From an uncultured Gemmatimonas sp. (lineage in GTDB: Bacteria > Gemmatimonadota > Gemmatimonadetes > Gemmatimonadales > GWC2-71-9), in contig CAYTMW010000005.1 of NCBI GenBank assembly GCA_964439025.1, positions 90,671-154,670 of the forward strand: a stretch of 64,000 nucleotides of DNA. Direction: 5' to 3'. The translations under genes were made by a program, and so were the position numbers. Each line of letters begins with the position of its first letter. Within the stretch, counting starts at the first letter, position 1. The notes under the pieces were generated by a model. The model worked only from the letters and a program-made list of their open reading frames with translations, was not told the origin of the DNA and did no database searches. Below, one piece after another: positions 46,806 through 55,235 of this stretch.

Positions 46806-49553
46806 TCAGCGATTAAACCAGAAATTGACCTTCACCAGAAAAATGTTGTCTGAATTCGCATCGAACAACGCGTCGGCGTCGCGCCCGAGCTCAAAATTGC
46901 CGATCAGCTGACCGAAGTGGCTGCTGGTCCGGGTCCACACCAGGAAGAGCGTCGAACCAGGGCGGTACTCCCACCGCAGCACCGCATTGCCGCGCAGCGA
47001 CCGGAGATTGAAATCGGGGTTGGGCTGGTTGAGGACCGCCGCCGGGCCCGCCCCATCGGGGTCGATCGCGTAGCTCTCCAGCTCGCCCTCTGCATTCCGG
47101 ATCTCGGTCACCGTGCCGACCTCCTCCCCGAACACCCGGATCGCCTGGCCGCGCGGCACCACGAACTCCTTGAACCGAGTAAAGTGCACGCTGGAGATGA
47201 ACGGCTGGGCGAACAGCTCGAAGGTGAGCGTGGGTGTGAAGGTCATGTTCATCCGGGTATCGAAGCCGACGGTCTTCTGCTTGAGGTCGGCGAAGAGGTA
47301 GCGCTTCCCGTAGAAGGCCGCCGCTTCCGGATCGGAGAAGGTGTTGACGTACTGCCGGGCGCCCCTGCTGTAGTTGTAGCTCGGCTCGAAGGAGACCGAG
47401 ATGTTCGAGGCGGCGCGCAGATTCACCCCCCCAAAGATCCCGTAGCTCTTGTATCCCTCGTCGGTGCGGCTCAACGTGGAATTCATGTTGAAGTTGATAC
47501 GCTTGCGCGAATCGGTCGCCACGAAAACCGAATAGAACATGTTGCCCGGACGCCCGACGACCGGCCCGCCGCGGGTGGCCCGGTCGTCATAGGTGTCGGT
47601 GCGGCGGATGACGAACGCATCTAACCGCCAGTAGTTGAGCAGCTGGCCGAACGCTCCGGTGTGGACCTGGGTGTCGGTGCGGTCGCCGTCGAAGTTGTAC
47701 TCCCACTGGCTCCCGACGATCACGAAAAAATTCCGGTACCACTTGGTCGGCCGGGCGAGCGAGAGCGCGAGGTTCCCGTTCATCCAGGCGTAGTCGGCCC
47801 GGGTGTTGAAGGCGAGGTCGTTGGCCTCGAAGCCCGGCGTCCGCCAGTTGACCGCCGTCTCGAACAGCCACTTGCCGGCGTCTTTGGCGAGCCGGGAATA
47901 GCCGCCCATTCCGCGGAGGCGGGTGGCATCCGGATCGTACCGGTCTGAAAGGAACCCGTTGCCTCCGCCCTGCCGGTCGGGACGCTGGAAGTACCGCGCG
48001 CTCGAGAGCTGCAGCCGGTTGATCGCGGCGGCGTCGCCGGAGTTGTTGGTGAACGCCATGTTGCCGACGAAGGAGTAGGTCTGGTTCCTCCACCGGGCGC
48101 TCCAGTCGAACCCGGCCGCTTCCGAATGGGAGTTGAGCCGGGACTTGAGCAGGGGCTCATCGGTGGATCTGACGACCGAGGTCATCATCCCTCCGAATAC
48201 GAGGTTGCCGCGGTTGAAGTCCTTCTTCAGCCGGCCCACAAAGTAGTTGGTGAGGGGCTCCACCTCGTGGCTGACATCCTGGCCACCGACGCGCGCCGTG
48301 GCGTGTTCGCGCGCGGTGACGGCATCAAGCACGCCGATAGTAAAGCCGTTCCTGGTGCGGCCGGTGACCTTTGCCGCGCCCAGGATGGTGGAGGCGTCCG
48401 GGCTGTCGGCATAGCTCGTCCCCTGGGGTGTGGGGCCCTGGGGTGCCCGGCCGATCCGGCGGGTGTAGAACAGCGAGAGCGATGACACGTTGCTGCAGAA
48501 ATAGCAGCTGAACCCCCCGAACCCAAACGTGCCGCTGCCTTCCACGAAAAACGGACGCCGCTCAGGGAAAAAGGTCTCGAAGGCGGAGAGATTCACCACT
48601 GCGGGGTCCACTTCGACCTGCCCGAAGTCCGGGTTGATCGTCGCGTCGAGCGTGACGTTCGAGGTGAGCAGGTATTTCATATCCGCCCCGAAGCGGGTAT
48701 CGGCGTCGCGCTCCTTGTAGAACGGATTGCCCGGGTCAGCCGCCGGCTGCAGCCGCTGATAGCGCCCGACGACATAGGGGAGAACCTCGAGGCGGCGGGT
48801 GGCGCTTCGGCCCGGCGCGATTCCGTCGATATGGCCGAACCGGGACGGCCCTCCCGACTCATCGGGTCCCCAGTAGGACCACATCGAGATTTCGTTCAGC
48901 CGGCTCTGGGTGCGCCAGACCTGCATACCCCAGGCCTGCACCGAATCTCGCGGGAACCGCAGCTGGGAGAACGGAATCCGGAACTCGGCGCTCCAGCCGA
49001 GGGAGTCGATCTGGGTCTTCACTTCCCAGACCGGATCCCAGGAGGGATCGGCGAATTCGGTTGCCTGTCCGGCATCCTGGCGCGAGCCCGAGGGCGCCAC
49101 GCTGAATATCGTGCGCCCGATGTGATTGTGGTACGTATCGAAGATCAGCTCGATCAGATCGCTGTTGCTGGCGAACTGGTCGCGCCGCACCAGCTGGCTT
49201 CGGACTCCCGCGGCGCCCTGATCGTCGAACATTCGTGCTCCTACGTAGATCGCGTCATCATCGAAGAGCAGCTTGATCTCGGTTCGCTGCGTCGCCGCGT
49301 CTCCGGGCTTCGGCTGAGCCTGCCGAAAACCGGAGGCCGGCTCGACGGTGCTCCACGCCGGATCGTCGAGCCGACCATCGAGCGTGACGTCGGAGGTCCG
49401 GCGTCCGGCCACGACGGTCGGTGACGGGATCGCATGGGCGGCCGCTCCATGCAACGCGGTGGGCGCGCTGCTGGTCGCGCCGGTTTGGGCCAGAAGGTTC
49501 CCGGAGACGGCGAAGAGCAGCAAAGCCAGCGCAGGGGCGCGGAACGGCAACAT
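46806..49553 (-). CDS. CBM9-like/DUF5916 outer-membrane protein
   Basis: LDGRLDD..W, W.AEFRIPFSQLRF, TINPDFGQVEVD, FFPERRPFF, LRWEYRPGSTLFLVW; signal peptide. Confidence 0.88.
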   Translation of the reverse strand: MLPFRAPALALLLFAVSGNLLAQTGATSSAPTALHGAAAHAIPSPTVVAGRRTSDVTLDGRLDDPAWSTVEPASGFRQAQPKPGDAATQRTEIKLLFDDDAIYVGARMFDDQGAAGVRSQLVRRDQFASNSDLIELIFDTYHNHIGRTIFSVAPSGSRQDAGQATEFADPSWDPVWEVKTQIDSLGWSAEFRIPFSQLRFPRDSVQAWGMQVWRTQSRLNEISMWSYWGPDESGGPSRFGHIDGIAPGRSATRRLEVLPYVVGRYQRLQPAADPGNPFYKERDADTRFGADMKYLLTSNVTLDATINPDFGQVEVDPAVVNLSAFETFFPERRPFFVEGSGTFGFGGFSCYFCSNVSSLSLFYTRRIGRAPQGPTPQGTSYADSPDASTILGAAKVTGRTRNGFTIGVLDAVTAREHATARVGGQDVSHEVEPLTNYFVGRLKKDFNRGNLVFGGMMTSVVRSTDEPLLKSRLNSHSEAAGFDWSARWRNQTYSFVGNMAFTNNSGDAAAINRLQLSSARYFQRPDRQGGGNGFLSDRYDPDATRLRGMGGYSRLAKDAGKWLFETAVNWRTPGFEANDLAFNTRADYAWMNGNLALSLARPTKWYRNFFVIVGSQWEYNFDGDRTDTQVHTGAFGQLLNYWRLDAFVIRRTDTYDDRATRGGPVVGRPGNMFYSVFVATDSRKRINFNMNSTLSRTDEGYKSYGIFGGVNLRAASNISVSFEPSYNYSRGARQYVNTFSDPEAAAFYGKRYLFADLKQKTVGFDTRMNMTFTPTLTFELFAQPFISSVHFTRFKEFVVPRGQAIRVFGEEVGTVTEIRNAEGELESYAIDPDGAGPAAVLNQPNPDFNLRSLRGNAVLRWEYRPGSTLFLVWTRTSSHFGQLIGNFELGRDADALFDANSDNIFLVKVNFWFNR

Positions 49554-49642
49554 TGTCGACCTCATCGGGGACCTGGCTTGTGTCTCGGGTCAATTGGACC
49601 TACGAGCGTTCGATGCCAAAAGTCTCGAAACCGTTGCCTGTT

Positions 49643-49706
49643 GCTGGGTGTTGGGGACTGGGTGCTGGGGGCTGGGGACCGGCAGGACTGAAGACTGAAG
49701 ACTGCT
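49643..49706. repeat. Single-armed heptamer tracts (RCTGGGK x5-6, then GACTGAA x2-3)
   Basis: gctgggt-gttgggg-actgggt-gctgggg-gctgggg-accggca, then gactgaa-gactgaa-gactgct. Confidence 0.78.
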
Positions 49707-49792
49707 CGACTGGAATCACACCTTCGGCGAGGTTATCTTTCACGGCTGAATAGAGTTACGGGTTCCGCCGTTCCGGGATGGTCGGCAGGTCC

Positions 49793-49820
49793 CATTCACT
49801 GTTGACCGTTCACCCTCCAC
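49793..49820. repeat. Degenerate heptamer tract (CGTTSAC-like x4) upstream of efp
   Basis: cattcac-tgttgac-cgttcac-cctccac; its reverse complement resembles the GTCAACG unit at 23953. Confidence 0.5.
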
Positions 49821-49827
49821 GGTGTCT

Positions 49828-50394
49828 ATGGGCATCATCGCCAGCGATATCCGCCGCGGCATGGCCATCATGTTCAATGGCGAGCCCTGTCGTGTGCTCG
49901 AGTTCCATCACCACACCCCGGGCAACCTCCGGGCGATGGTGCAGGCCAAGCTTCGGCGTCTCAAGACGGGAACTCAGGTCGAGCACCGCTTCCGTTCCAC
50001 CGACACGGTGGAGATCGCCGCGCTGGAGACCCACGAGCTCGATTTCATGTACAAGAGCGGCGACACCTACCACTTCATGAATGCCGAGAACTACGACCAG
50101 CTCGAAGTCGACGGCGAAACCCTCGGCGAGACCGCCAAGTGGATGTCCGAGGGCATGCGGATCATCGCCGAGTTCTACCAGGGCCGGCCGATCGGCATCC
50201 AGATGCCCAGCAGCCTCACCTTCGAAGTCGCCGACACCACCCCGGTCATGAAGACCGCGACCAAGACCTCGTCCCCCAAGCCGGCCCGGCTGAGCAACGG
50301 GGTGACGGTGAACGTGCCCGAGTTCATTCAGACCGGCGAGCGGATCCGGGTGAATCCGGAGACGGGGGAGTATCTGGATAGGGCGAAGGACTAG
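49828..50394 (+). CDS. efp: Translation elongation factor P
   Basis: H.TPGNLRAMVQ.KL, FMNAENYDQ, KPA.LSNG..V.VPEFI..GE.IRV, Y..R. Confidence 0.93.
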   Translation: MGIIASDIRRGMAIMFNGEPCRVLEFHHHTPGNLRAMVQAKLRRLKTGTQVEHRFRSTDTVEIAALETHELDFMYKSGDTYHFMNAENYDQLEVDGETLGETAKWMSEGMRIIAEFYQGRPIGIQMPSSLTFEVADTTPVMKTATKTSSPKPARLSNGVTVNVPEFIQTGERIRVNPETGEYLDRAKD

Positions 50395-50395
50395 C

Positions 50396-50492
50396 GATCA
50401 GAGGTCAGTGATCAGGGGTCAGGGTGGTCGTTGGGCCGGCAGAGATGCCGGCCCTGATTCTTTCCCTGACCACTGATCACTGACCCCTTGCC
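50396..50492. repeat. Inverted repeat of 7-bp units (GRTCAGN x4 / NCTGAYC x3-4) enclosing a hairpin
   Basis: gatcaga-ggtcagt-gatcagg-ggtcagg ... cctgacc-actgatc-actgacc-ccttgcc. Confidence 0.87.
50433..50464 (+). terminator. Probable intrinsic terminator of efp
   Basis: Perfect 9-bp stem GGGCCGGCA-GAGA-TGCCGGCCC followed by tgattctttc. Confidence 0.55.
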
Positions 50493-50546
50493 CTTTGAAA
50501 CCTGCCGAGCGACAATCCCGTATCACCAATACCTAGACCGTCGAGG
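50488..50546 (+). promoter_or_regulatory. Candidate sigma70 promoter and PadR operator
   Basis: TTGCCC-17 bp-GACAAT (50488-50516) and the imperfect palindrome CCTAGA-ccg-TCGAGG (50532-50546), 7 bp before the padR ATG. Confidence 0.5.
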
Positions 50547-50553
50547 CAACACC

Positions 50554-50889
50554 ATGCCCGGCCCCGATACCGACCTCCTCCAGGGCACCCTGGACGTGCT
50601 CATCCTCAAGACGCTCTCCTGGGGGTCGCGGCACGGATATGCCATCGCCCGTTGGCTCGAGGATTCGAGTGCCGAAGCGATCCGCATCGAAGAAGGCTCC
50701 CTCTATCCCGCGCTCTATCGCATGGAACGGAAGGGGTGGATCGAGGCCTCGTGGGGCATGTCCGAGCTCGGGCGGCGGGCCAAGTTCTACGAGCTCACCA
50801 CCGCGGGACGCGCGCGACTTCGGGCGGAGATCTCCGCCTGGCGCCGGCTCAGCGGCGCGGTCGGCCGCATCCTCGAAGCGCGGGGCTAG
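50554..50889 (+). CDS. PadR family transcriptional regulator (ADOP-associated type)
   Basis: DLLQGTLDVLILKTL, HGYAIA, EEGSLYPALYR, RRAKFYELT. Confidence 0.94.
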   Translation: MPGPDTDLLQGTLDVLILKTLSWGSRHGYAIARWLEDSSAEAIRIEEGSLYPALYRMERKGWIEASWGMSELGRRAKFYELTTAGRARLRAEISAWRRLSGAVGRILEARG

Positions 50890-50895
50890 CGGCAA

Positions 50896-53550
50896 ATGTC
50901 CTGGCCCTTCTGGAAACCGACGCTGACCCGCGAAGTGGACGAAGAGCTGGAATTCCATGTGGAGATGCGCGCGCGCGAACTGATGTCCCGGGGCATACCG
51001 GCGTCCCAGGCGCTGGCTCTGGCGCGTCAGCGTCTCGGAGACTCCGATCAACTCCGGCGCACGCTGCGCCGGGTCGGCAAGGAAAGGGATCGCACCATGC
51101 GACGCACCGAGCGGCTCGCCGAGCTGCGGCAGGATCTCGCCTATGGATTCCGCACCCTGGCGCGAAATCCCGGCTTCACCGCTATCGCCCTTCTCACGCT
51201 CGGTGTGGGGATCGGCGCGACCACCGCGATCTTCAGCGCCGTCAATACCGTGATCCTCCGGCCGCTGGCGGTGCCGGACGTCGAGCGGGTGATGCTGATC
51301 GCCGAGTTGTATGAGGGCCGTCCGGCGGACGTCTCGGTCGGCAACTTCGTGGACTGGCAAGCCGCCAATGAGGCGCGGCCGATGTTTGCCGCCATGGGCG
51401 CGATCAACTGGCGCAACTTCACCCTCGCCGGTGAGCAACCGGAACGGGTCCTGGGCGCAGCGGTCACCGCCGACTACTTCGGCGTGATGGGTGTGTCTCC
51501 CCTTCGCGGACGGGTCTTCACCGCGGAGGAGGATCGCCCCGGCGGGGCCCGGGTCGTCGTGCTGGGAAACCGTCTCTGGCAGCGGCGCTTCGGCACCGAC
51601 CCGTCTGCCGTCGGACGGGTGATCACCCTCAATGGGCTTCCGCACACGGTGCTCGGCGTGATGCCCGCCTCCTTCGATTTCACCAACGGCACCGAGGATC
51701 TCTGGGTGCCGGCGGCCTTCACCCCCGAGCAGCGGGCCCAGCACGACGAACACTATCTCACCGTCTATGGGCGGCTGCGCCCCGGATCGACGCCCGAGGC
51801 GGCGCGATCGATGCTGGCGGAGGTGCAGCGGGTCCTGAACGAGCGTTACCGGAATGCCAACGGAAACCGATCGGTACACATCGAGCCAATGATGCGGCAA
51901 TTCATCGGCGACGCGCGGGGCCAGCTTCTGGTGATCCTGGGGGCCGTCGTGCTGGTGCTGCTGATCGCCTGCGCCAACGTGGCCAACCTTCTCCTCGCGC
52001 GGGGGGCGGCGCGGGGGCGCGAGCTGGCCATCCGCGCGGCGATCGGCGCGGGCAGCGCGCGTCTGGTGCGCCAGCTCCTCGCCGAGAGCGGCGCACTCGC
52101 CCTTGCGGCGGCGGTCGTGGGGATGGCGGTGGCCTGGGGGGTGATTCGCACGCTGGTCGCGGCGGCTCCGCCGGGCGTGCCGCGCATCGAGCAGGCCCGC
52201 CTCGACTTCGCCGCGCTGGGGTTCGCGGTGCTCCTGGCCCTGGGCTCGACACTGCTATTCGGCCTGGCACCGGCGCTCCGCACGGCGCGCACCGACCTGG
52301 TAGGCGCGCTTCGGACCGGCCAGGCGCGAGCGATGGGTTCGCGGCGCGACTGGTTCCGCCAGGGACTGGTGACGGCGGAGGTGGCGCTCGCGCTGGTGCT
52401 CCTGGTAGGCGCCGCCCTCCTGGTCCGAACGGCGATCCATCTGCAGCGTCTCGATCCCGGCTTCGATCCCCGCGGCGTGGTCACCGCGCGCATTGCTCTG
52501 CCGGCGGAGAGCTATGCCAGCCCCGAATCAGCGCGGCGGGCCTTCGAGACCGTTCTGGAAAACCTCGCCGCATCGCCAGGCGTTCGGAGCGCCGCGCTGT
52601 CCACCCAGGTGCCGATGGGCCCCGGCGGCGGCAGCAACGGGCTGGTCCCCGAGGGAAAGCCGCCCGGCCCCGAGAGCGCGGTGGACGCACGGATGCGCCT
52701 GGTGTCGCCGGGCTATATCGGCACCATCGGCCTCCCGCTTCGCCGCGGGCGCGACTTCTCGGGCGATGATCGGGCCGGGGCGCCCCGCGCCATGTTGGTG
52801 AACGAAGCCCTGGCGCGGGCCCTGTTTCCCGGTCAGGATCCGATCGGCAAGCGGGTGCTCTGCTGCGAGGGAGCAGCCGACGACCCGCGCTGGAAGACCA
52901 TCGTGGGCGTGGTCGGAGATGCCCGCTCGCGGGGTCCCGATCAGGAGGTGGTGCCGGAGTTCTTCATGCCGATCGCCCAGGCGCCCGACGTCGCGTGGAA
53001 CTGGATCGGCCGGACGATGAGTGTGGTTGCCCGCGCCGATGGAGATCCGCTGTCCCTTGCACCGGCGATGCGTGAGGCACTCCGCCGGGTGGATCCCTCG
53101 CTGCCGCTCTACCGGATCGAGACCCTGGAGTCCTCCCTGTCCAACGCCCTGGCCCCGGCGCGATTCCGCAGCGTGCTGCTGGGCTCGCTCGCCGCGATCG
53201 GGCTCCTGCTCGCCCTGGTCGGGATCTACGGCGTCATCGCGTACCTGGTCACCCGCCGGCGCGGGGAGATCGGAGTGCGAATGGCGCTCGGAGCCTCCTC
53301 CGGCGACGTGCTGCGAATGGTGGTAGGACAAGGACTCAGGCCGGTCCTTGCCGGAACCGCGCTCGGCGCACTCGGCGCTTTGGCGGCGACGCGGCTGCTC
53401 GCGACGTGGCTCCGAGGTGTGTCGCCCGGAGATCCGGTAACCTTCGCAGCGGTCGCGCTGTCGCTGATCGGTGTCGCGGCACTGGCGAGTCTGATTCCGG
53501 CCCGACGAGCGACCAAGGTGAGTGCGCTGGAGGCGATGCGGGCGGAGTAG
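50896..53550 (+). CDS. ABC permease, ADOP-type duplicated MacB/FtsX permease
   Basis: EVDEELEFH prefix, QDLAYGFRTL, LIACANVANLLLAR, EIGVRMALGA, PARRATKV. Confidence 0.94.
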   Translation: MSWPFWKPTLTREVDEELEFHVEMRARELMSRGIPASQALALARQRLGDSDQLRRTLRRVGKERDRTMRRTERLAELRQDLAYGFRTLARNPGFTAIALLTLGVGIGATTAIFSAVNTVILRPLAVPDVERVMLIAELYEGRPADVSVGNFVDWQAANEARPMFAAMGAINWRNFTLAGEQPERVLGAAVTADYFGVMGVSPLRGRVFTAEEDRPGGARVVVLGNRLWQRRFGTDPSAVGRVITLNGLPHTVLGVMPASFDFTNGTEDLWVPAAFTPEQRAQHDEHYLTVYGRLRPGSTPEAARSMLAEVQRVLNERYRNANGNRSVHIEPMMRQFIGDARGQLLVILGAVVLVLLIACANVANLLLARGAARGRELAIRAAIGAGSARLVRQLLAESGALALAAAVVGMAVAWGVIRTLVAAAPPGVPRIEQARLDFAALGFAVLLALGSTLLFGLAPALRTARTDLVGALRTGQARAMGSRRDWFRQGLVTAEVALALVLLVGAALLVRTAIHLQRLDPGFDPRGVVTARIALPAESYASPESARRAFETVLENLAASPGVRSAALSTQVPMGPGGGSNGLVPEGKPPGPESAVDARMRLVSPGYIGTIGLPLRRGRDFSGDDRAGAPRAMLVNEALARALFPGQDPIGKRVLCCEGAADDPRWKTIVGVVGDARSRGPDQEVVPEFFMPIAQAPDVAWNWIGRTMSVVARADGDPLSLAPAMREALRRVDPSLPLYRIETLESSLSNALAPARFRSVLLGSLAAIGLLLALVGIYGVIAYLVTRRRGEIGVRMALGASSGDVLRMVVGQGLRPVLAGTALGALGALAATRLLATWLRGVSPGDPVTFAAVALSLIGVAALASLIPARRATKVSALEAMRAE

Positions 53551-53618
53551 GAGTTGGGAGGTGGGAGTTGGGGGTTGGGGTTTTGTCCCCTAATCCCCAG
53601 CTCCCACCTCCCAACCCC
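53550..53618. repeat. Inverted repeat built from 7-bp units (GGAGTTG x4 / CAACTCC-like x4)
   Basis: ggagttg-ggaggtg-ggagttg-ggggttg ... taatccc-cagctcc-cacctcc-caacccc, filling the whole gap between convergent genes. Confidence 0.88.
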
Positions 53619-53619
53619 C

Positions 53620-54759
53620 TCAGACTTTCAGTACCACCCCCCGCCTCTCCAGCACCCGCAGAATTCCATACCACAGGGCCACGAACGCGACCGCGTACGC
53701 GAGTGACGCATTGCGTGGCGCGAGCCAGGAGGCAAACGCACTGCGGTAGATCGCCTGTTGCAGCGAGACCGACTCGCCACCCATCGAGACGTGGATCAGC
53801 CCCATCGTCCGCGCCATCATCCCGGATCCCACGAACGCCGTCATCGGGTTGAGTCCGTAGGTCACGAACGGCGCCACCCACTTTCTCCGGCCGCGGATAT
53901 CGACCAGCCAGACCAGCGTCGCCAGCGCGACGCACGCCATCCCCGCCGTGAACAGCACGTACGAGCTGGTCCAGAGATTCTTGTTGATCGGGAAGACCCA
54001 ATGCCATATCAGTCCCACGACCATTCCGACCGACCCGGCCGCGAAGATTGCATTGAGCCGGTCGGGGAGTGGCTCCGGGCCGCAAAGACGGCGTCCGGCC
54101 AGCACACCCAGCAGGCAGGTTCCGATGGCGGGCAGCGTCGAGAGGAGTCCCTCCGGATCCCAGGTCTTCGACTGCTGCCAGAGGTGTTTCCCGAAGATGC
54201 TGCGGTCGAGCCATGCCGAGAGGGTGTTTTCCGGCACATCAATCGTGGGCGACGCGACCCCGGGCGGAGCCACCAGCGTCTGCAATCCCCAGTAGACGAG
54301 GAGCAGCAGGGCGATGATCCCGGCGACATCGCGACTTGAGCGCCGCCGAGCGATGAGCGCTGCCGCGATGTAGCAGACCCCGATGCGCTGCAGCACTCCA
54401 GGGAAGCGGAGTTCGGTGATCCGGGTCGTGGGGAAGAAGGGAAACGCTTGCAGCAGAAGCCCGAAGAGAATGATGAGCGCGCCGCGCCGGAGAATCTGTG
54501 CGGTGATCGCGGCGGAGGCGGTTCCCTGCCGCTCCCGCGCGCTCAGCGAGATGTGGGTCGTGATGCCGACGATGAACACGAAAAACGGGAAGATCAGGTC
54601 GGTCGGTGTCCATCCGTGCCAGGGCGCGTGCGTGAGCGGCGGATAGATCGCCGACCAGGTGCCCGGATTGTTGACCAGCAGCATCCCGGCGATGGTCATT
54701 CCGCGGAAGGCATCGAGCGCGAGCAGCCGCTTGCTCAGGATGGTGGCCGGCGTCCCCAT
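53620..54759 (-). CDS. Heparan-alpha-glucosaminide N-acetyltransferase-like membrane protein (DUF5009/NagX type)
   Basis: [52 protein letters not shown]. Confidence 0.9.
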   Translation of the reverse strand: MGTPATILSKRLLALDAFRGMTIAGMLLVNNPGTWSAIYPPLTHAPWHGWTPTDLIFPFFVFIVGITTHISLSARERQGTASAAITAQILRRGALIILFGLLLQAFPFFPTTRITELRFPGVLQRIGVCYIAAALIARRRSSRDVAGIIALLLLVYWGLQTLVAPPGVASPTIDVPENTLSAWLDRSIFGKHLWQQSKTWDPEGLLSTLPAIGTCLLGVLAGRRLCGPEPLPDRLNAIFAAGSVGMVVGLIWHWVFPINKNLWTSSYVLFTAGMACVALATLVWLVDIRGRRKWVAPFVTYGLNPMTAFVGSGMMARTMGLIHVSMGGESVSLQQAIYRSAFASWLAPRNASLAYAVAFVALWYGILRVLERRGVVLKV

Positions 54760-54789
54760 CGTTCCTCCTCCGGGGTATCTTCAACTTGC

Positions 54790-55080
54790 TGGCTCCTTGT
54801 TCAGCGGCGCATCTACGGTGAGCGAGCGCCGTCGAACCAGAACCCCCTGCTGGTCGGGCCGATTTCCGATGCCGCGAATCTCCTGTACGCGCAGGTCCCC
54901 CTGCTGCTTCGGTTTCAGCACGGCTACAGCACTGATCGTCCGGTCCGCCCTTTCCTGGTTCTGGGCCCCTATGTCTCCATCCGCATGGCCTGCACAGGTG
55001 ATGTTGTCGAGGCGAAGCTGGACAATGCCAGATCGTGGACCGCCTTCGTGAGCATCGAGTACCTGCTCCGGGTCCTGTAG
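54790..55080 (+). pseudogene. Possible remnant of an outer-membrane beta-barrel protein
   Basis: The frame ending at 55080 reads LLYAQVPLLLRF...VRPFLVLGPYVS...RSWTAFVSIEYLL, which looks like amphipathic strands. No start or signal peptide. Confidence 0.4.
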
Positions 55081-55235
55081 CGGATCCGGGCGGGTGGGGG
55101 GCCTCCACGCAGAATGTCGCCCCGCGCGCGGCCGCCCGCCAGCAGGTCTCCCGCGCCATCCGTAGATGAACAGGAGCGGCCCCGGGGACGAACCCCCACC
55201 GGGTCGCCTCGCGTCGGTCCTAAGGGGTACCATCT

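Noticed and set aside
55081-55235. GC-rich intergenic stretch as a possible ncRNA, riboswitch or ECF promoter (GAAC...CGTC)
   Set aside because: No recognisable RNA family motif, and the promoter-like match is too short to support.
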